Positions 30,447 to 40,408 are shown, counted from the first letter of the stretch. The stretch: 64,000 nucleotides of DNA from Bdellovibrionota bacterium (GCA_041739995.1 JBGSMV010000008.1:1-64000); one strand, 5' to 3'. Notes: generated by a model from the letters alone, not told the origin. Numbers and translations are program-made.

Positions 30447-32217
30447 CTAGGGTAGGCACCTGCCGATCGGCTCTACGATGGTGCCGAAGCTGCAAGTAAG
30501 AACCTCCTCCCGCAACTAGCATGAGTGGAATCAGCGCCCGAGGCTCGCTCATGCTGGTCATCACCGCACTAAAAAGAACCGATTCGGCCACAAGGCACCA
30601 CAGTAGGTTATGTCGAATAAACTCCCTCGCACGGTCGATCGATCTAAGTGGCGTGCAGATTTCTAGCGCTTCGGACGAAATCGGCTTCACGGTAGCACAT
30701 ACACGACCTCGCGGTCTGGCGTACTCAAAAGGTTCGAGTGGGAATCCAAGGCTATCAAGATACATTGGTGCCTGAGACCCGAGTGCGGCGATGTTCACCG
30801 AACCAGTTTGGATACCGGGTTGTTCAGAAATATAGCGCGAAAAACGGGCCGGGGTTTGGTTGTGCACTGTACAGTTGAACACGAGGCCCTGCACACCACA
30901 GCTCAGGGCATAATCGTATAACGCCCGGTCAACCACTTCTGGACGAATCGCGTTCGACCCCTCGACACCGTCAACAAACAGCACTGGCACTTGTCCACCA
31001 CTCGCATTTCTAGCTTCAGCAATGAGCATGCGACAGCGCACCTTTCGTCCAGAATCATTCCGAAGGTCCAGGCAAGAGAACTCAGGCGCATGCAGATAAT
31101 CGAAACATCCAAGTCTGCCTTTCGGTCCTCGACCTATAAGCTTTACCCCCCTAAGCGATGCCGACGAAAAGAATTCTTCTTGATGAGTAAGGTCCACCCA
31201 TGGGTCTCTTTTCCAAATTTCAGCCTGTACCACTCCAGGGCGCAATCGACTGGTACCGGAAAGCAGAGAGATCTCACTGCGCAGAAACCTCTCAGCTCCA
31301 GACTCCGGCCCAACAATTTCAATGAGGCTGGCGAGTAGTCTGGCACCTTGCTCGGCAGAGAGGCTCCCTTCACGCGCAGACTTAAGCAGTTCGTCATGTT
31401 CAGAAACAAAGTGTGCGATGGTGCTTTTTCCGCCGCGCACATCAGTTGCAAATCGCCCGGGCTGGTGCTTTCTTCTCTCTCGATCTTTCCATCCAATGAC
31501 CGCACGGAGCGCCCTGAGCGTTATCTCGGCATCAGAGATTTCTTCAACCGCCTCGACCTTTCCTTGCTCGGTCCGATACTGGCGGCAATAGGTAGGATCG
31601 TCCCAAGCAGCCGTGATTCCACGACTCTGCAATTGAGCACGCAGCTCTATCGCTCGAGCTCCATCCTCTACCTGACCACGAAAGTCTATTGCACCGAGCA
31701 TTTGTCCAGTTTCGAGTCCTATCGCGCGCTTTAGCGGCGCCAGGGCATACCGACGCAGCATCATCCCCGCGTAACCCCCAAGCCCACCAATGTTTGCCGC
31801 CGTCCAGGCACCAACAACTGAAAGCAACGGATCTTCAAGAGGGAGCGATATGCGGGCAAATGCCCATCCAAATGTCGCCCCAAGCGCCGTTCCGAGTACC
31901 TCAGGCACACCGATGTAGCGCATGTGTTTTTGGCGAAGTTTCTCTACTTCTATGGGATTAATCTTATCGGTATCGATGCTGAGCGCCTCGAATTGCTGCC
32001 ACGCAAGTACCAGCTCGGGAAACCCGTCGACCTGAAGGCGAGAGCGAACAGCGTCGTTGGAGCGAGGACCAGAGGGCAGGGGTGGGAGCGCTCCAACTAT
32101 TGCGTTTTCTAAGCTCGGAGGTTCAGCGGAAAGAGGCAGCAGAGAAGTCACTCCTGCTGCCGATAGCGGAGCTACAGGTGCAGGCTTGACCGGCTCGGAA
32201 TGAGGAGAATCAAACAT
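30376..32217 (-). CDS. Hypothetical membrane protein (TM pairs at both ends, large soluble domain)
   Basis: 613-aa ORF; Pro-rich leader; C-terminal ~23 aa are read from repeat copy 2. Confidence 0.7.
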   Translation of the reverse strand: MFDSPHSEPVKPAPVAPLSAAGVTSLLPLSAEPPSLENAIVGALPPLPSGPRSNDAVRSRLQVDGFPELVLAWQQFEALSIDTDKINPIEVEKLRQKHMRYIGVPEVLGTALGATFGWAFARISLPLEDPLLSVVGAWTAANIGGLGGYAGMMLRRYALAPLKRAIGLETGQMLGAIDFRGQVEDGARAIELRAQLQSRGITAAWDDPTYCRQYRTEQGKVEAVEEISDAEITLRALRAVIGWKDRERRKHQPGRFATDVRGGKSTIAHFVSEHDELLKSAREGSLSAEQGARLLASLIEIVGPESGAERFLRSEISLLSGTSRLRPGVVQAEIWKRDPWVDLTHQEEFFSSASLRGVKLIGRGPKGRLGCFDYLHAPEFSCLDLRNDSGRKVRCRMLIAEARNASGGQVPVLFVDGVEGSNAIRPEVVDRALYDYALSCGVQGLVFNCTVHNQTPARFSRYISEQPGIQTGSVNIAALGSQAPMYLDSLGFPLEPFEYARPRGRVCATVKPISSEALEICTPLRSIDRAREFIRHNLLWCLVAESVLFSAVMTSMSEPRALIPLMLVAGGGSYLQLRHHRRADRQVPTLGVCDTGTDDDVPPTCPPKLSCPP

Positions 32218-32343
32218 GGCAGGTTCTTAGGAATACTAAGTTGCGAGGTTTACCTGCGGTGAATTTATCACGACCTGACACACGAGCCGCGCAGAACTTT
32301 TGAGCAACTGAGACCCCAACTCCGTTGCTCAGTGAGCCTGAAT

Positions 32344-33177
32344 TTACGCGAGCGGAAGGGCGCTGGATGTCTTACACATGGAGTCATGCAGCTCAATGGT
32401 CGAGCGGAGTCCAGAGTCAACTCTGTCGCCCACTGACTCTATGAATCTTGCAGTTGCGTATTCATTCGAAAAACTGTCGTAGTCCGCTTTCCAAAGCTCA
32501 AAAACCTTTCGCCTCCCCTCATCAGGGAAAGGAAAGCGCACGTTCGGTGAAGTCAGGCCACAGCGCCATGGTTTTGGGCTCACTCGGGCTCTAAAGCACT
32601 TTTGAGACTTACAGAGCTTCATATACAGAGGGTCAGTGCCCAGAGCATCCATCACGCGAAGCAGTCCACTATCATTGGGATCTTGCCGGGCATGGGTAAC
32701 CAGGTACCTAAAGCCACTGTGTGTTGCGTAAACTCTAAAAGACCACTGCCGGTTGCTGCGTTGAAATTCCTTTAGTCTTTCAATCGCAGCATCGGGCTGT
32801 GCGGGTTGCTTCTTTCCGAATAGACCCCGCAGCGTCTGGAACAGCCCACCTGATTTTGCCTGAGGCACATCCACATCAATGAACATGGTGTCAGGGCAAT
32901 TTAAGACCAGGCTCCCGTAGCCTGTGCGCGTGATGACGTTCGATTCCACTTCACGTATTCGCTCTTCTTTAATCGGCCGATCGTCGTACTCGTAAGAGTT
33001 CCCAAGCACTTCACCGGCAGCAAGCCGTCGGACTACTCTCCGAGCTCGATCCTTCGCACGATCCCGCGCCTCCCCGTCACTGGAATCTGACCAGCCCCAA
33101 CTTTCGGCTCTTATCGCTTTTCCGTTTGAATCATATTCTTCTGCAGATGCCTTGGCCCAGAATTGCGGAATATTCAT
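32344..33177 (-). CDS. Conserved hypothetical protein (possible AEP-like fold)
   Basis: GAGGGAG RBS; WGWS..S, MFIDVD, FRVYATHSGFR, DPLYMKLCKSQKCFRARVSPKPWRCG, terminal LPLA. Confidence 0.8.
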   Translation of the reverse strand: MNIPQFWAKASAEEYDSNGKAIRAESWGWSDSSDGEARDRAKDRARRVVRRLAAGEVLGNSYEYDDRPIKEERIREVESNVITRTGYGSLVLNCPDTMFIDVDVPQAKSGGLFQTLRGLFGKKQPAQPDAAIERLKEFQRSNRQWSFRVYATHSGFRYLVTHARQDPNDSGLLRVMDALGTDPLYMKLCKSQKCFRARVSPKPWRCGLTSPNVRFPFPDEGRRKVFELWKADYDSFSNEYATARFIESVGDRVDSGLRSTIELHDSMCKTSSALPLA

Positions 33178-33338
33178 GCTCCCTCATCTCACCAGCGCTG
33201 CTTCTTAACCGATAATCGGTGCAGTTCACTATGGTTCCATAGCCGATTAAACCCTTCTAATACCTCATTCAAGCCCTCTTTGTTAGCTCGAAGACAAGGG
33301 GTAGGATAAGCGTTTCCAATAATTTTGAAGATGCTGTT

Positions 33339-34712
33339 ATGAGCCAGGACATGGGAAACCAGAATACTGACCAGAGAAATTCCCCCGCACGAGGGTCTCC
33401 CCCGGGTAGTCAGTTTGAGGCCACCCCAGCATTAGGTGCTCTCCAAATGAGCGCTTTGTCGAGAAACTTGCTGCCCGCTGGCCCGGCCTGGGTGATTCCA
33501 GAGATCTCTGACGCCGCGCTTTCCGAACGCATGAAACAGGTTCATGCGCTTCGCCGCGATCGAGAAGACAATCTTCGCCTCGTTCCCGCCCACGATCCTC
33601 GCACGGAAGCATTTTCAATGGTTGAAGGGCACAGTGATGGCGTGCGTGGCCTACGTGAAGTGGCTCGAATCACCACCTATCACTCTACGGGATACGCGAT
33701 GTTTTTTAAGCCAAGCATCGCTGAAGTCCTTGCTCAGATTCCCCCACAACTTTTTGGAACGGGCATTTGCGCATTTGAGACCATTCCCGCGCCGCACAAC
33801 CACCTCACGGAAATAATGGATTCCTCCCAGTCCATCCATCGCGCCGAAACCATTCTTTACATACCGACCGATGACGAAATGCAACGCTTCGTAGTGGATG
33901 AAGGCGCGATGCATGCTCGAGAGGTTGCGCGCTTCAAGCGCTACCGCGCTCCTTCAGCAGCAGAACTCGATGGACGATTCTCTGAAACCGCATTAGTGGT
34001 GAAGGCTGACCCCTATGAGCACTTAAGTATTTGGAAGCGGTTTCATCAGGAGCTCAGACTTGCTTGGGTCGATGATCCTAGTGGGGTTGCCTGTGCGATC
34101 GGATACCGCGAAGCTATGCCGATTATGGCAACTTTTCGGTGGGCCTCAATCGAAGGGCAACGGGTGCTCTTTGTTCAGTCCGAAAGCCTTGTATCCGACG
34201 CCGGAATGCTCGACCAGTGGCTTGAGTCCAACTGCAATCCGACGCTACCCAATGGCAACCGCGCCACGCTCTCTGCTGCACAATTTGCGGATGTAAAAAG
34301 TGCTCCTTCGAACGCTGACTTCGTGGAGGCGCTTGGCGATCACTCAGACTCTCGATTCGCAGAAACCTTCTATGCCGTCGAGGCCAGTCCATTCGCCCAA
34401 CGCGCGCTTCGAAACGAGTTTCTAAATGATGGAATCTCCTCATGGGAAGAGGATCCAAATCCGATTCGGGTGAATATCGGTCGCCTCGATGGTAGCCCAG
34501 TCGACATGCAATGTAATTTTGCCGTGCTGGACGGAAAGCGAATTCTCTTTTACTCCAATGCCACGCCACTCTGCCACCATGGATTAGAGATAGCTTGGTT
34601 GCGAGCGCACTGTCCTCAGATATCCGCCAAGGGGCGCAATGCGCATGACAACGCCATGAACTTTGTGAGTTGTTTGCATGCCGTGGACACCGCGAACAAA
34701 GAGGACGCCTAA
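33339..34712 (+). CDS. Hypothetical three-module protein with an internal domain duplication
   Basis: Module 1 ITTYHSTGYAMFFKPSIAEVLAQIP; two ~115-aa repeats starting D.RF.ET and sharing W.DDP/W.EDP..IG..P..G.R.LF..WL..C. Confidence 0.72.
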   Translation: MSQDMGNQNTDQRNSPARGSPPGSQFEATPALGALQMSALSRNLLPAGPAWVIPEISDAALSERMKQVHALRRDREDNLRLVPAHDPRTEAFSMVEGHSDGVRGLREVARITTYHSTGYAMFFKPSIAEVLAQIPPQLFGTGICAFETIPAPHNHLTEIMDSSQSIHRAETILYIPTDDEMQRFVVDEGAMHAREVARFKRYRAPSAAELDGRFSETALVVKADPYEHLSIWKRFHQELRLAWVDDPSGVACAIGYREAMPIMATFRWASIEGQRVLFVQSESLVSDAGMLDQWLESNCNPTLPNGNRATLSAAQFADVKSAPSNADFVEALGDHSDSRFAETFYAVEASPFAQRALRNEFLNDGISSWEEDPNPIRVNIGRLDGSPVDMQCNFAVLDGKRILFYSNATPLCHHGLEIAWLRAHCPQISAKGRNAHDNAMNFVSCLHAVDTANKEDA

Positions 34713-34752
34713 CGCGATTCGCGCTCCTGATTAGGGGAAAACAAAATCAAAA

Positions 34753-35796
34753 ATGAGACTTATCCTGTCCCTTCTTGCATTGTTGTTTTTGGTTGCCTCA
34801 AGCGTCTCTGCCGAGCACTCCGTGATTAAAATTGGTGTCATAACCGCGCAGACAGGTCCTCTTGGGCTCATTGGCACGACCATTAGAAATGCGTTCATGC
34901 TGGCCGAACGCCGACTCGCACCCAAGGGTGACGTTACCTTCGTGTTTGAAGACGATGGCTTTCTCCCACGCAACGCAGTAGTCGCTGCTCAGAAGCTCCT
35001 ACTTGACCCAGACATCAAGGCGCTTGTCGTATTCGGAGGAAGTACCTCTCAAGCCGTCGCTCAAATCACAAACCAGAAGCGTGTTCCACTTGCGGCGCTG
35101 ACGGTACTGGACTCCATTACCGAGCAAGGGGAGAACACCTTTCAGTTCTTTGTATCATCCAGCGAGATGAACCAAGTCACCGCTGCTGAGATGGAAAGAC
35201 GCGGCATTAAGACCATCGCGGTGGTTGCCACCCAACATGACGCCACTCTGTTTCAACGCGATCAGTTTTTGTCGATTTTTCCTGGCAAGGTGCTGCTTTC
35301 CTTTGATCTGCTTCCGGGAGATCTGGACCTTCGCACTATTGTCTCAAAGATTAGTGCCTCGAAGCCCGACGCCGTGTTCGCATTTGCGATTCCCCCGCAG
35401 GGCTCGACCTTTGCGAAGCAGCTGCGTCGAGGGGGCTTTTCTGGTCAGCTGGTTGCCAGCCTACAAATTGGAGCTCCCTCAGAGGTTGAGAACGCAGAAG
35501 GGTCCACCATTGGTGCCTTCTATGCTTGTGGTGATGATCGAGGGGCAGGGGAGTTTCATGCGGACTATCGCGCAAGCTTTCCGGACTCAACTCCTTTCAG
35601 CGAGACCGTATTCGGTTACGACACCGCTCAACTGCTAATAGCAGGTGCGCGTAGCGGGGATATTTCCCACTACCTAAGGACAGTGAAGGACTTCCCAGGT
35701 GTGCTCGGCAACCTCGGTGCTACCGGTAATAGGTCCTTCACGTTCGGAGCGGCGTTGAAGGAAATTACGGGAGAAGGGCCTCGATTTCTCAACTAA
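34753..35796 (+). CDS. LivJ-like ABC transporter substrate-binding protein (orphan)
   Basis: Signal peptide, IKIGVITAQTG, FVFEDDGF.P, GYD, FPGVLG. Confidence 0.85.
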   Translation: MRLILSLLALLFLVASSVSAEHSVIKIGVITAQTGPLGLIGTTIRNAFMLAERRLAPKGDVTFVFEDDGFLPRNAVVAAQKLLLDPDIKALVVFGGSTSQAVAQITNQKRVPLAALTVLDSITEQGENTFQFFVSSSEMNQVTAAEMERRGIKTIAVVATQHDATLFQRDQFLSIFPGKVLLSFDLLPGDLDLRTIVSKISASKPDAVFAFAIPPQGSTFAKQLRRGGFSGQLVASLQIGAPSEVENAEGSTIGAFYACGDDRGAGEFHADYRASFPDSTPFSETVFGYDTAQLLIAGARSGDISHYLRTVKDFPGVLGNLGATGNRSFTFGAALKEITGEGPRFLN

Positions 35797-35908
35797 CTTG
35801 GAACCCGGCGCACTATGTTCATGCACCCAGCAGCCTTAGCGGGGATGTCCTAACGCTTTCCCGGTCTGAGGCTATATCTAATGAGAATCCAACCACGCTT
35901 CGGTACCT

Positions 35909-36439
35909 ATGTCACAATTCCAATTTCTCGGCAGGCCATCACCCTCCACTTCAACCGACTCAGCCGATGCAATAGCGACACTTCGCCACGGAACACCCGG
36001 ATCTACGATGAAGTGCCTCGTTCCCGCTTCTGAACAGTTTCAACAAAAAGTTGTACACGGAGCTATCGAGCTGGCCATTGCAGCTTCCTCAGTGTCTGGG
36101 CGAGTAGTAGCTACAGTCGAAATCAAGGTATTAGATCAAGACGCATCGCGCACATTAGATATCGTTTCATTCTCCAATCCTGCAACTTATCGAGCAAACC
36201 ACCGAGTAAAAGGATTTGGCGTTTCAGTGCTCGATGATGGATACAAAGTCGAGATTGAAATTTGCGCCTCACGACGCGCCTCAAAGGATTTCAACGTTCC
36301 GCGTGAAGTGGTGCATTTTATGTTCGAATTGCAGCCCGGCGCTACCTCGGGCCACTACCAACTAAATGGCATGCGGGCTCAGGAGAAACTATTTTCAGTA
36401 TTTCTTGCGCCGCCTAGGGAGATTGATGTCGTGCCTTAG
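35909..36439 (+). CDS. Hypothetical protein
   Basis: 176-aa ORF filling the gap between genes; Ser/Pro-rich N-terminus. Confidence 0.55.
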   Translation: MSQFQFLGRPSPSTSTDSADAIATLRHGTPGSTMKCLVPASEQFQQKVVHGAIELAIAASSVSGRVVATVEIKVLDQDASRTLDIVSFSNPATYRANHRVKGFGVSVLDDGYKVEIEICASRRASKDFNVPREVVHFMFELQPGATSGHYQLNGMRAQEKLFSVFLAPPREIDVVP

Positions 36440-36528
36440 ATCGGGGCACGTGTTTGACAAATCCTTACTGTCGACTCTTCGTAATACCGGCTATAGAGTG
36501 AGGAACGACATTTGTGGGGTGTGACTTA

Positions 36529-37143
36529 ATGCCAACGGCCTTAATTATTCATGGAACTAAGGGCTCGCCCAACGGCAATTGGTTCCCCTGGCTTTCCAGA
36601 CAACTGGATTTGCGCGGGTATACTTCCGTCATCCCGCAGTTTCCTACGCCGGATGGGCAGAACCTCTCTAGTTGGCTTTCTTGCGCGCAGGAGTATACGA
36701 GCGCGCTAGATCAAAGGACTTTGCTCATTGGGCACAGTATCGGGGCCACGTTTGCCTTACGACTACTTGAGCGACTCAGTACTCCCATTTGTGCGACTGC
36801 CCTAGTTGCTGGAGTTTCCGGACCGCTTGGTCTTCCCGACTATGATACCTTGAATGCCACGTTTCACTCTTCCCCGTTTGCCTGGGAGGCGATTCGCCGA
36901 AATGCCGGTAAAGTTATCTGTCTTGCAGGGGACAACGACCCGTATGTACCTCCAGAGCAGGGCAGGCATATCGCTGAGAAACTAGGATCTGAACTCACGG
37001 TAGTTCCAGGAGGCGGCCATCTGAACGCTGAATTTGGTTTCTCAACGCTCCCCCAACTGATAGCCCAGTTTGAGAAAGCTCGTATCTTCCATAGAACTGA
37101 GACGGAAATTCAAGAAGCCACTGGCATCGAGCCCCAGGGATAG
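36529..37143 (+). CDS. RBBP9/YdeN family serine hydrolase
   Basis: IIHG..GSP.GNWFPWL, GHSIG, DNDPYVP, GGGHLN. Confidence 0.92.
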   Translation: MPTALIIHGTKGSPNGNWFPWLSRQLDLRGYTSVIPQFPTPDGQNLSSWLSCAQEYTSALDQRTLLIGHSIGATFALRLLERLSTPICATALVAGVSGPLGLPDYDTLNATFHSSPFAWEAIRRNAGKVICLAGDNDPYVPPEQGRHIAEKLGSELTVVPGGGHLNAEFGFSTLPQLIAQFEKARIFHRTETEIQEATGIEPQG

Positions 37144-37236
37144 CAGCAGAACGATCACCGCATACGCAAAGAGGGCGCCAACTTTCCTTGCAAAAGTTGA
37201 CGCCCCCCCAAAGCATTCGCTACTTGAACGAACTTA

Positions 37237-37881
37237 TTAGCTCACAGGCTTGATATCAGCAGCGAAGAGCTCAGAAACGGTGACTACAACCGTGTCTCCA
37301 CTCTTCACAAGCTGCATGTTTTCAGGATATTTGGCGCGAACGGTAACAAGGCGATCGCCTTCCTTCATAGTGATAAGCGCCTTCTCACGATCCATCGACT
37401 CAACTACAAATATTCGTTTCGTCCCTGCAGCAACAAACCCTTTTGGCGAAGAGCCAACTGGGGCGCGACCAACAATCCCAACCGTCTCATTCGCGGCAGC
37501 AAGCTCGGCCGGAGTAGGCTGTCGCACTTGAAAGTCTACAGACTCGATGTAAGCAATTCTCACATCGTCGCCGACTTTGACTTGCGCAAGATTCTTTACT
37601 TCTGGCCCAGCCGTTATGGCAGCAACTTTTCCATCCGGCATCTTTAGCGAAACAGCTCTTGTCTTATGGTTTATGGTGACAACCTTCGCTGTGATTTCGC
37701 TCATTACCGCCTCGGAGCCCGCAAGACCACCGCCAGGAGCGATGGACCGAGAATCAAGTCTGGTAATCGTGGTGCCAGAAGGAGTGGTCGTACGACTGAC
37801 ACTTTCTCCGAGATGAGGCTCTTGCGTCGCACACGCGGTTAACATCAGGGCAACTGCAATCGAGGCAATGCGTAAATACAT
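37237..37881 (-). CDS. Lipoprotein with tandem OB-fold-like repeats
   Basis: Lipobox LTAC; repeated VKNLAQVKVGD.V / ENMQLVKSGD.V; GGAG RBS before ATG 37881. Confidence 0.75.
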   Translation of the reverse strand: MYLRIASIAVALMLTACATQEPHLGESVSRTTTPSGTTITRLDSRSIAPGGGLAGSEAVMSEITAKVVTINHKTRAVSLKMPDGKVAAITAGPEVKNLAQVKVGDDVRIAYIESVDFQVRQPTPAELAAANETVGIVGRAPVGSSPKGFVAAGTKRIFVVESMDREKALITMKEGDRLVTVRAKYPENMQLVKSGDTVVVTVSELFAADIKPVS

Positions 37882-38140
37882 AAAGGTCTCCATAAAAATG
37901 AGCGGTTGTTCGGCGGACGATAGAGCACCTAGGAGCCACTAGCAAGAATGACCTCAAATCCCAGCGAGATCGTCTACATTTACCCCCCGAGACCTACCCC
38001 CGGGAGCAACTGACTCTTTCAACGTAGAGCAAGAGGCAAACAGGTACTTCGAGGTTTAATCGGCTCATTTTCATGTAGATTTGAGGTTTGTCGCATTGAT
38101 CGGCAAGATGAAGCGACGTCTTTGCGGAGCCCTGACCTAC

Positions 38141-39142
38141 ATGATTCGACCTATTCTAAAATTCATAGTTTTCTTGCCGCTTATTATCGCGATGATCGGG
38201 TGCATCAGCTGGGCCGTTCTAGCACTTCACTTCGACGGGTCTCATTCACCGCTCCTAGGGAGTATCACCGTTGGTGATAGTCTAGCTGCCGCCGTCTTGA
38301 TACTTGCGATGTTTGTCCTAGTGCGGGTTCGTCCTTGGTTTAAGGCAAGCGCTGCGGTACTGGCGATTTTTCTCGCAGTGCTTTCCTGGTGGTTCACCCT
38401 TGAGCCCAGGAACGATCGAAACTGGCTCCCCGATGTAGTAAGACCCGCACATGTGGTGATTGACGGAGACATCGCCACCGTCACCAACGTACGCGATTTC
38501 GACTATCGCTCAGAGACCGACTTTACCGAGCGCTGGGAAACCCGATCTTATGACCTCTCAAAAATAGACGGTGTCGACATTTTTCTCTCCTACTGGGGCA
38601 GCCCTTGGATGGCGCACACTATTCTAAGCTGGGAATTCAGCGACGGAAAACACCTGGCTATCTCAATCGAAACGCGCAAGGAAGTAGGGGAGGTATACTC
38701 CGCGGTTACCGGATTCTTCCGTCAATTTGAGCTTTACTTTGTAGTTGCGGACGAGCGCGACGTAGTGCGACTTCGTACCAATTACCGCGGCGAGGATGTG
38801 TATCTGTATCGGCTTACCAGCCCACCCGAAGAGGCACGAGACTTATTGCTCGGGTATTTTCATGAAATAAATTCACTCGACAACACACCAGAGTGGTACA
38901 ACGCCTTTGCCGAAAATTGCACTACAGGTATTCGACGACTGCGTGAAGCAGTCGGTCAGAGCCGATCGTGGGACTGGAGGATGCTGGTAAATGGTTACAT
39001 CGATCAGCTCGGATACGAGCGTGGAATGATTGACACCTCAATGCCGTTCGCTGAGCTTAGGGAAAAAAGTCGAATTACTGAGCGAGCAAAGCAAGCCGAT
39101 CAAGACCCAGCCTTTTCGGCTCGAATTAGGGAACAGAATTAG
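38141..39142 (+). CDS. DUF4105 / Lnb N-terminal-like domain membrane protein
   Basis: Three N-terminal TMs; NVRDFDYRS, AHTILSWEF, SIETRKE.GE.YS, YNAFAENCTT (His/Cys dyad). Confidence 0.85.
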   Translation: MIRPILKFIVFLPLIIAMIGCISWAVLALHFDGSHSPLLGSITVGDSLAAAVLILAMFVLVRVRPWFKASAAVLAIFLAVLSWWFTLEPRNDRNWLPDVVRPAHVVIDGDIATVTNVRDFDYRSETDFTERWETRSYDLSKIDGVDIFLSYWGSPWMAHTILSWEFSDGKHLAISIETRKEVGEVYSAVTGFFRQFELYFVVADERDVVRLRTNYRGEDVYLYRLTSPPEEARDLLLGYFHEINSLDNTPEWYNAFAENCTTGIRRLREAVGQSRSWDWRMLVNGYIDQLGYERGMIDTSMPFAELREKSRITERAKQADQDPAFSARIREQN

Positions 39143-39166
39143 GGAACAACGGGGCGCCTCAGGAAA

Positions 39167-40408
39167 TTAATTCAACAACGACAATAAGGCCTGGCTATTT
39201 TGATTAATTTGCGACAAGGCCGACGCGGCACTCTGCTGTAGAATCTGATTGCGAACTAAGTCCGCCACTTCTCCTGCCACGTCCGCATCCCGAATTCTGG
39301 CTTCCGCCGCCAAGGTGTTTTCTCTGCTCGCCGACAATAAGTTAAACGCAGAACCAAGGCGACTCTCCACAGCTCCCAGTCTGGACCGGTCTAAGGAGAT
39401 TGAGTCGAGCTTAGCTCGAAGTACGTCTAAGGCAGAGCTCGCTTGGGTCGCGGAGCTGAGAGCGGTGAACTCGATAGCAGAAGCAGGCGTGCCGGTTTGG
39501 CTCGCGGAATAGAATCTTAATGCCGCCAAGTCGATTCCATGGGCAGCATAAAGCGAATTGACCAAGCCGGTATCCAAGCGGCTAGAATCGGAAGCATTGA
39601 GTGCAGCAAGGAAACCTGGGTCCTGAGGTTCAAACAGGCCAGTGGTCTCATTGAGCTTATACTGTGAAAAACCCACGCTCCCAGTCGCAAGATTCCCCGT
39701 GTCAATTCCAAAGAATATCAGTATTTCAGTGGTGGTGTCGGTCTCCACACCTTCCTTGCTAAGAAAGGTTACGTTGGGGAACCTTTCAAGAATTTCTTCT
39801 AGGGAGCGAGCGCCTTCTCCTACATAGTTGCCCCAATCCATACCGCCATCAACCACATGCTCAAACGTGTCTGTATTTATACTCCCCGAGTACTGCCCCG
39901 TGTCGGGATTGAGGTAAAAAATGGATCCGGTAGAGCTACCTGAGATTCCTGCCTGAATAGACATAGATGCGGGCCCCTGCAGCCGAAGTCCCGAAAGTAA
40001 GCCTTGATTGTTGAATTTCGCCGTTGAAGCGATACGAGCATACTCACGCATCATGGTCAGATATTCGTTGTTCAAGGAGTCTCTCTGCGTTGCTGATAGT
40101 GAGCCATTTGCCGCCTGCTCCCCCAGCTCCAGCATGCGCATGAGAATGTTACTCTGCTGACCTAAAGCCCCATCAGCAATTGCGAGAGCCGAGAGCCCAT
40201 CGCTTACATTGCGACTTGCGACGGCCATGGTCTTTGCATTGACACGCAACCTGTCAGCGATCGCCACACCGGCGGCATCATCTGAAGCAGAATTGATTCT
40301 TGATCCAGAACTAAGGCGCGCATAGCTTTTACCAAGGGCATTAGTTGCCTGCCCAAGGTGTCTAAGCACCGTAAAGGTGCTGCCTGTGTTTGAAAGCGCG
40401 CCTACCAT
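39167..40408 (-). CDS. fliC: Flagellin (orphan paralog; ORF open from 40444)
   Basis: RLSSGSRINSASDDAAG, RNVSDGLS, FNNQGLL; C-terminal RSRLGAVESRL, ARIRDADVA.E, QILQQ. Confidence 0.92.
   Translation of the reverse strand: MVGALSNTGSTFTVLRHLGQATNALGKSYARLSSGSRINSASDDAAGVAIADRLRVNAKTMAVASRNVSDGLSALAIADGALGQQSNILMRMLELGEQAANGSLSATQRDSLNNEYLTMMREYARIASTAKFNNQGLLSGLRLQGPASMSIQAGISGSSTGSIFYLNPDTGQYSGSINTDTFEHVVDGGMDWGNYVGEGARSLEEILERFPNVTFLSKEGVETDTTTEILIFFGIDTGNLATGSVGFSQYKLNETTGLFEPQDPGFLAALNASDSSRLDTGLVNSLYAAHGIDLAALRFYSASQTGTPASAIEFTALSSATQASSALDVLRAKLDSISLDRSRLGAVESRLGSAFNLLSASRENTLAAEARIRDADVAGEVADLVRNQILQQSAASALSQINQNSQALLSLLN

Noticed and set aside
26804..36439. Prophage or integrative island as the source of the orphan-rich stretch
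   Set aside because: No integrase, structural or replication genes, tRNA or att repeats, and no obvious compositional shift by eye.
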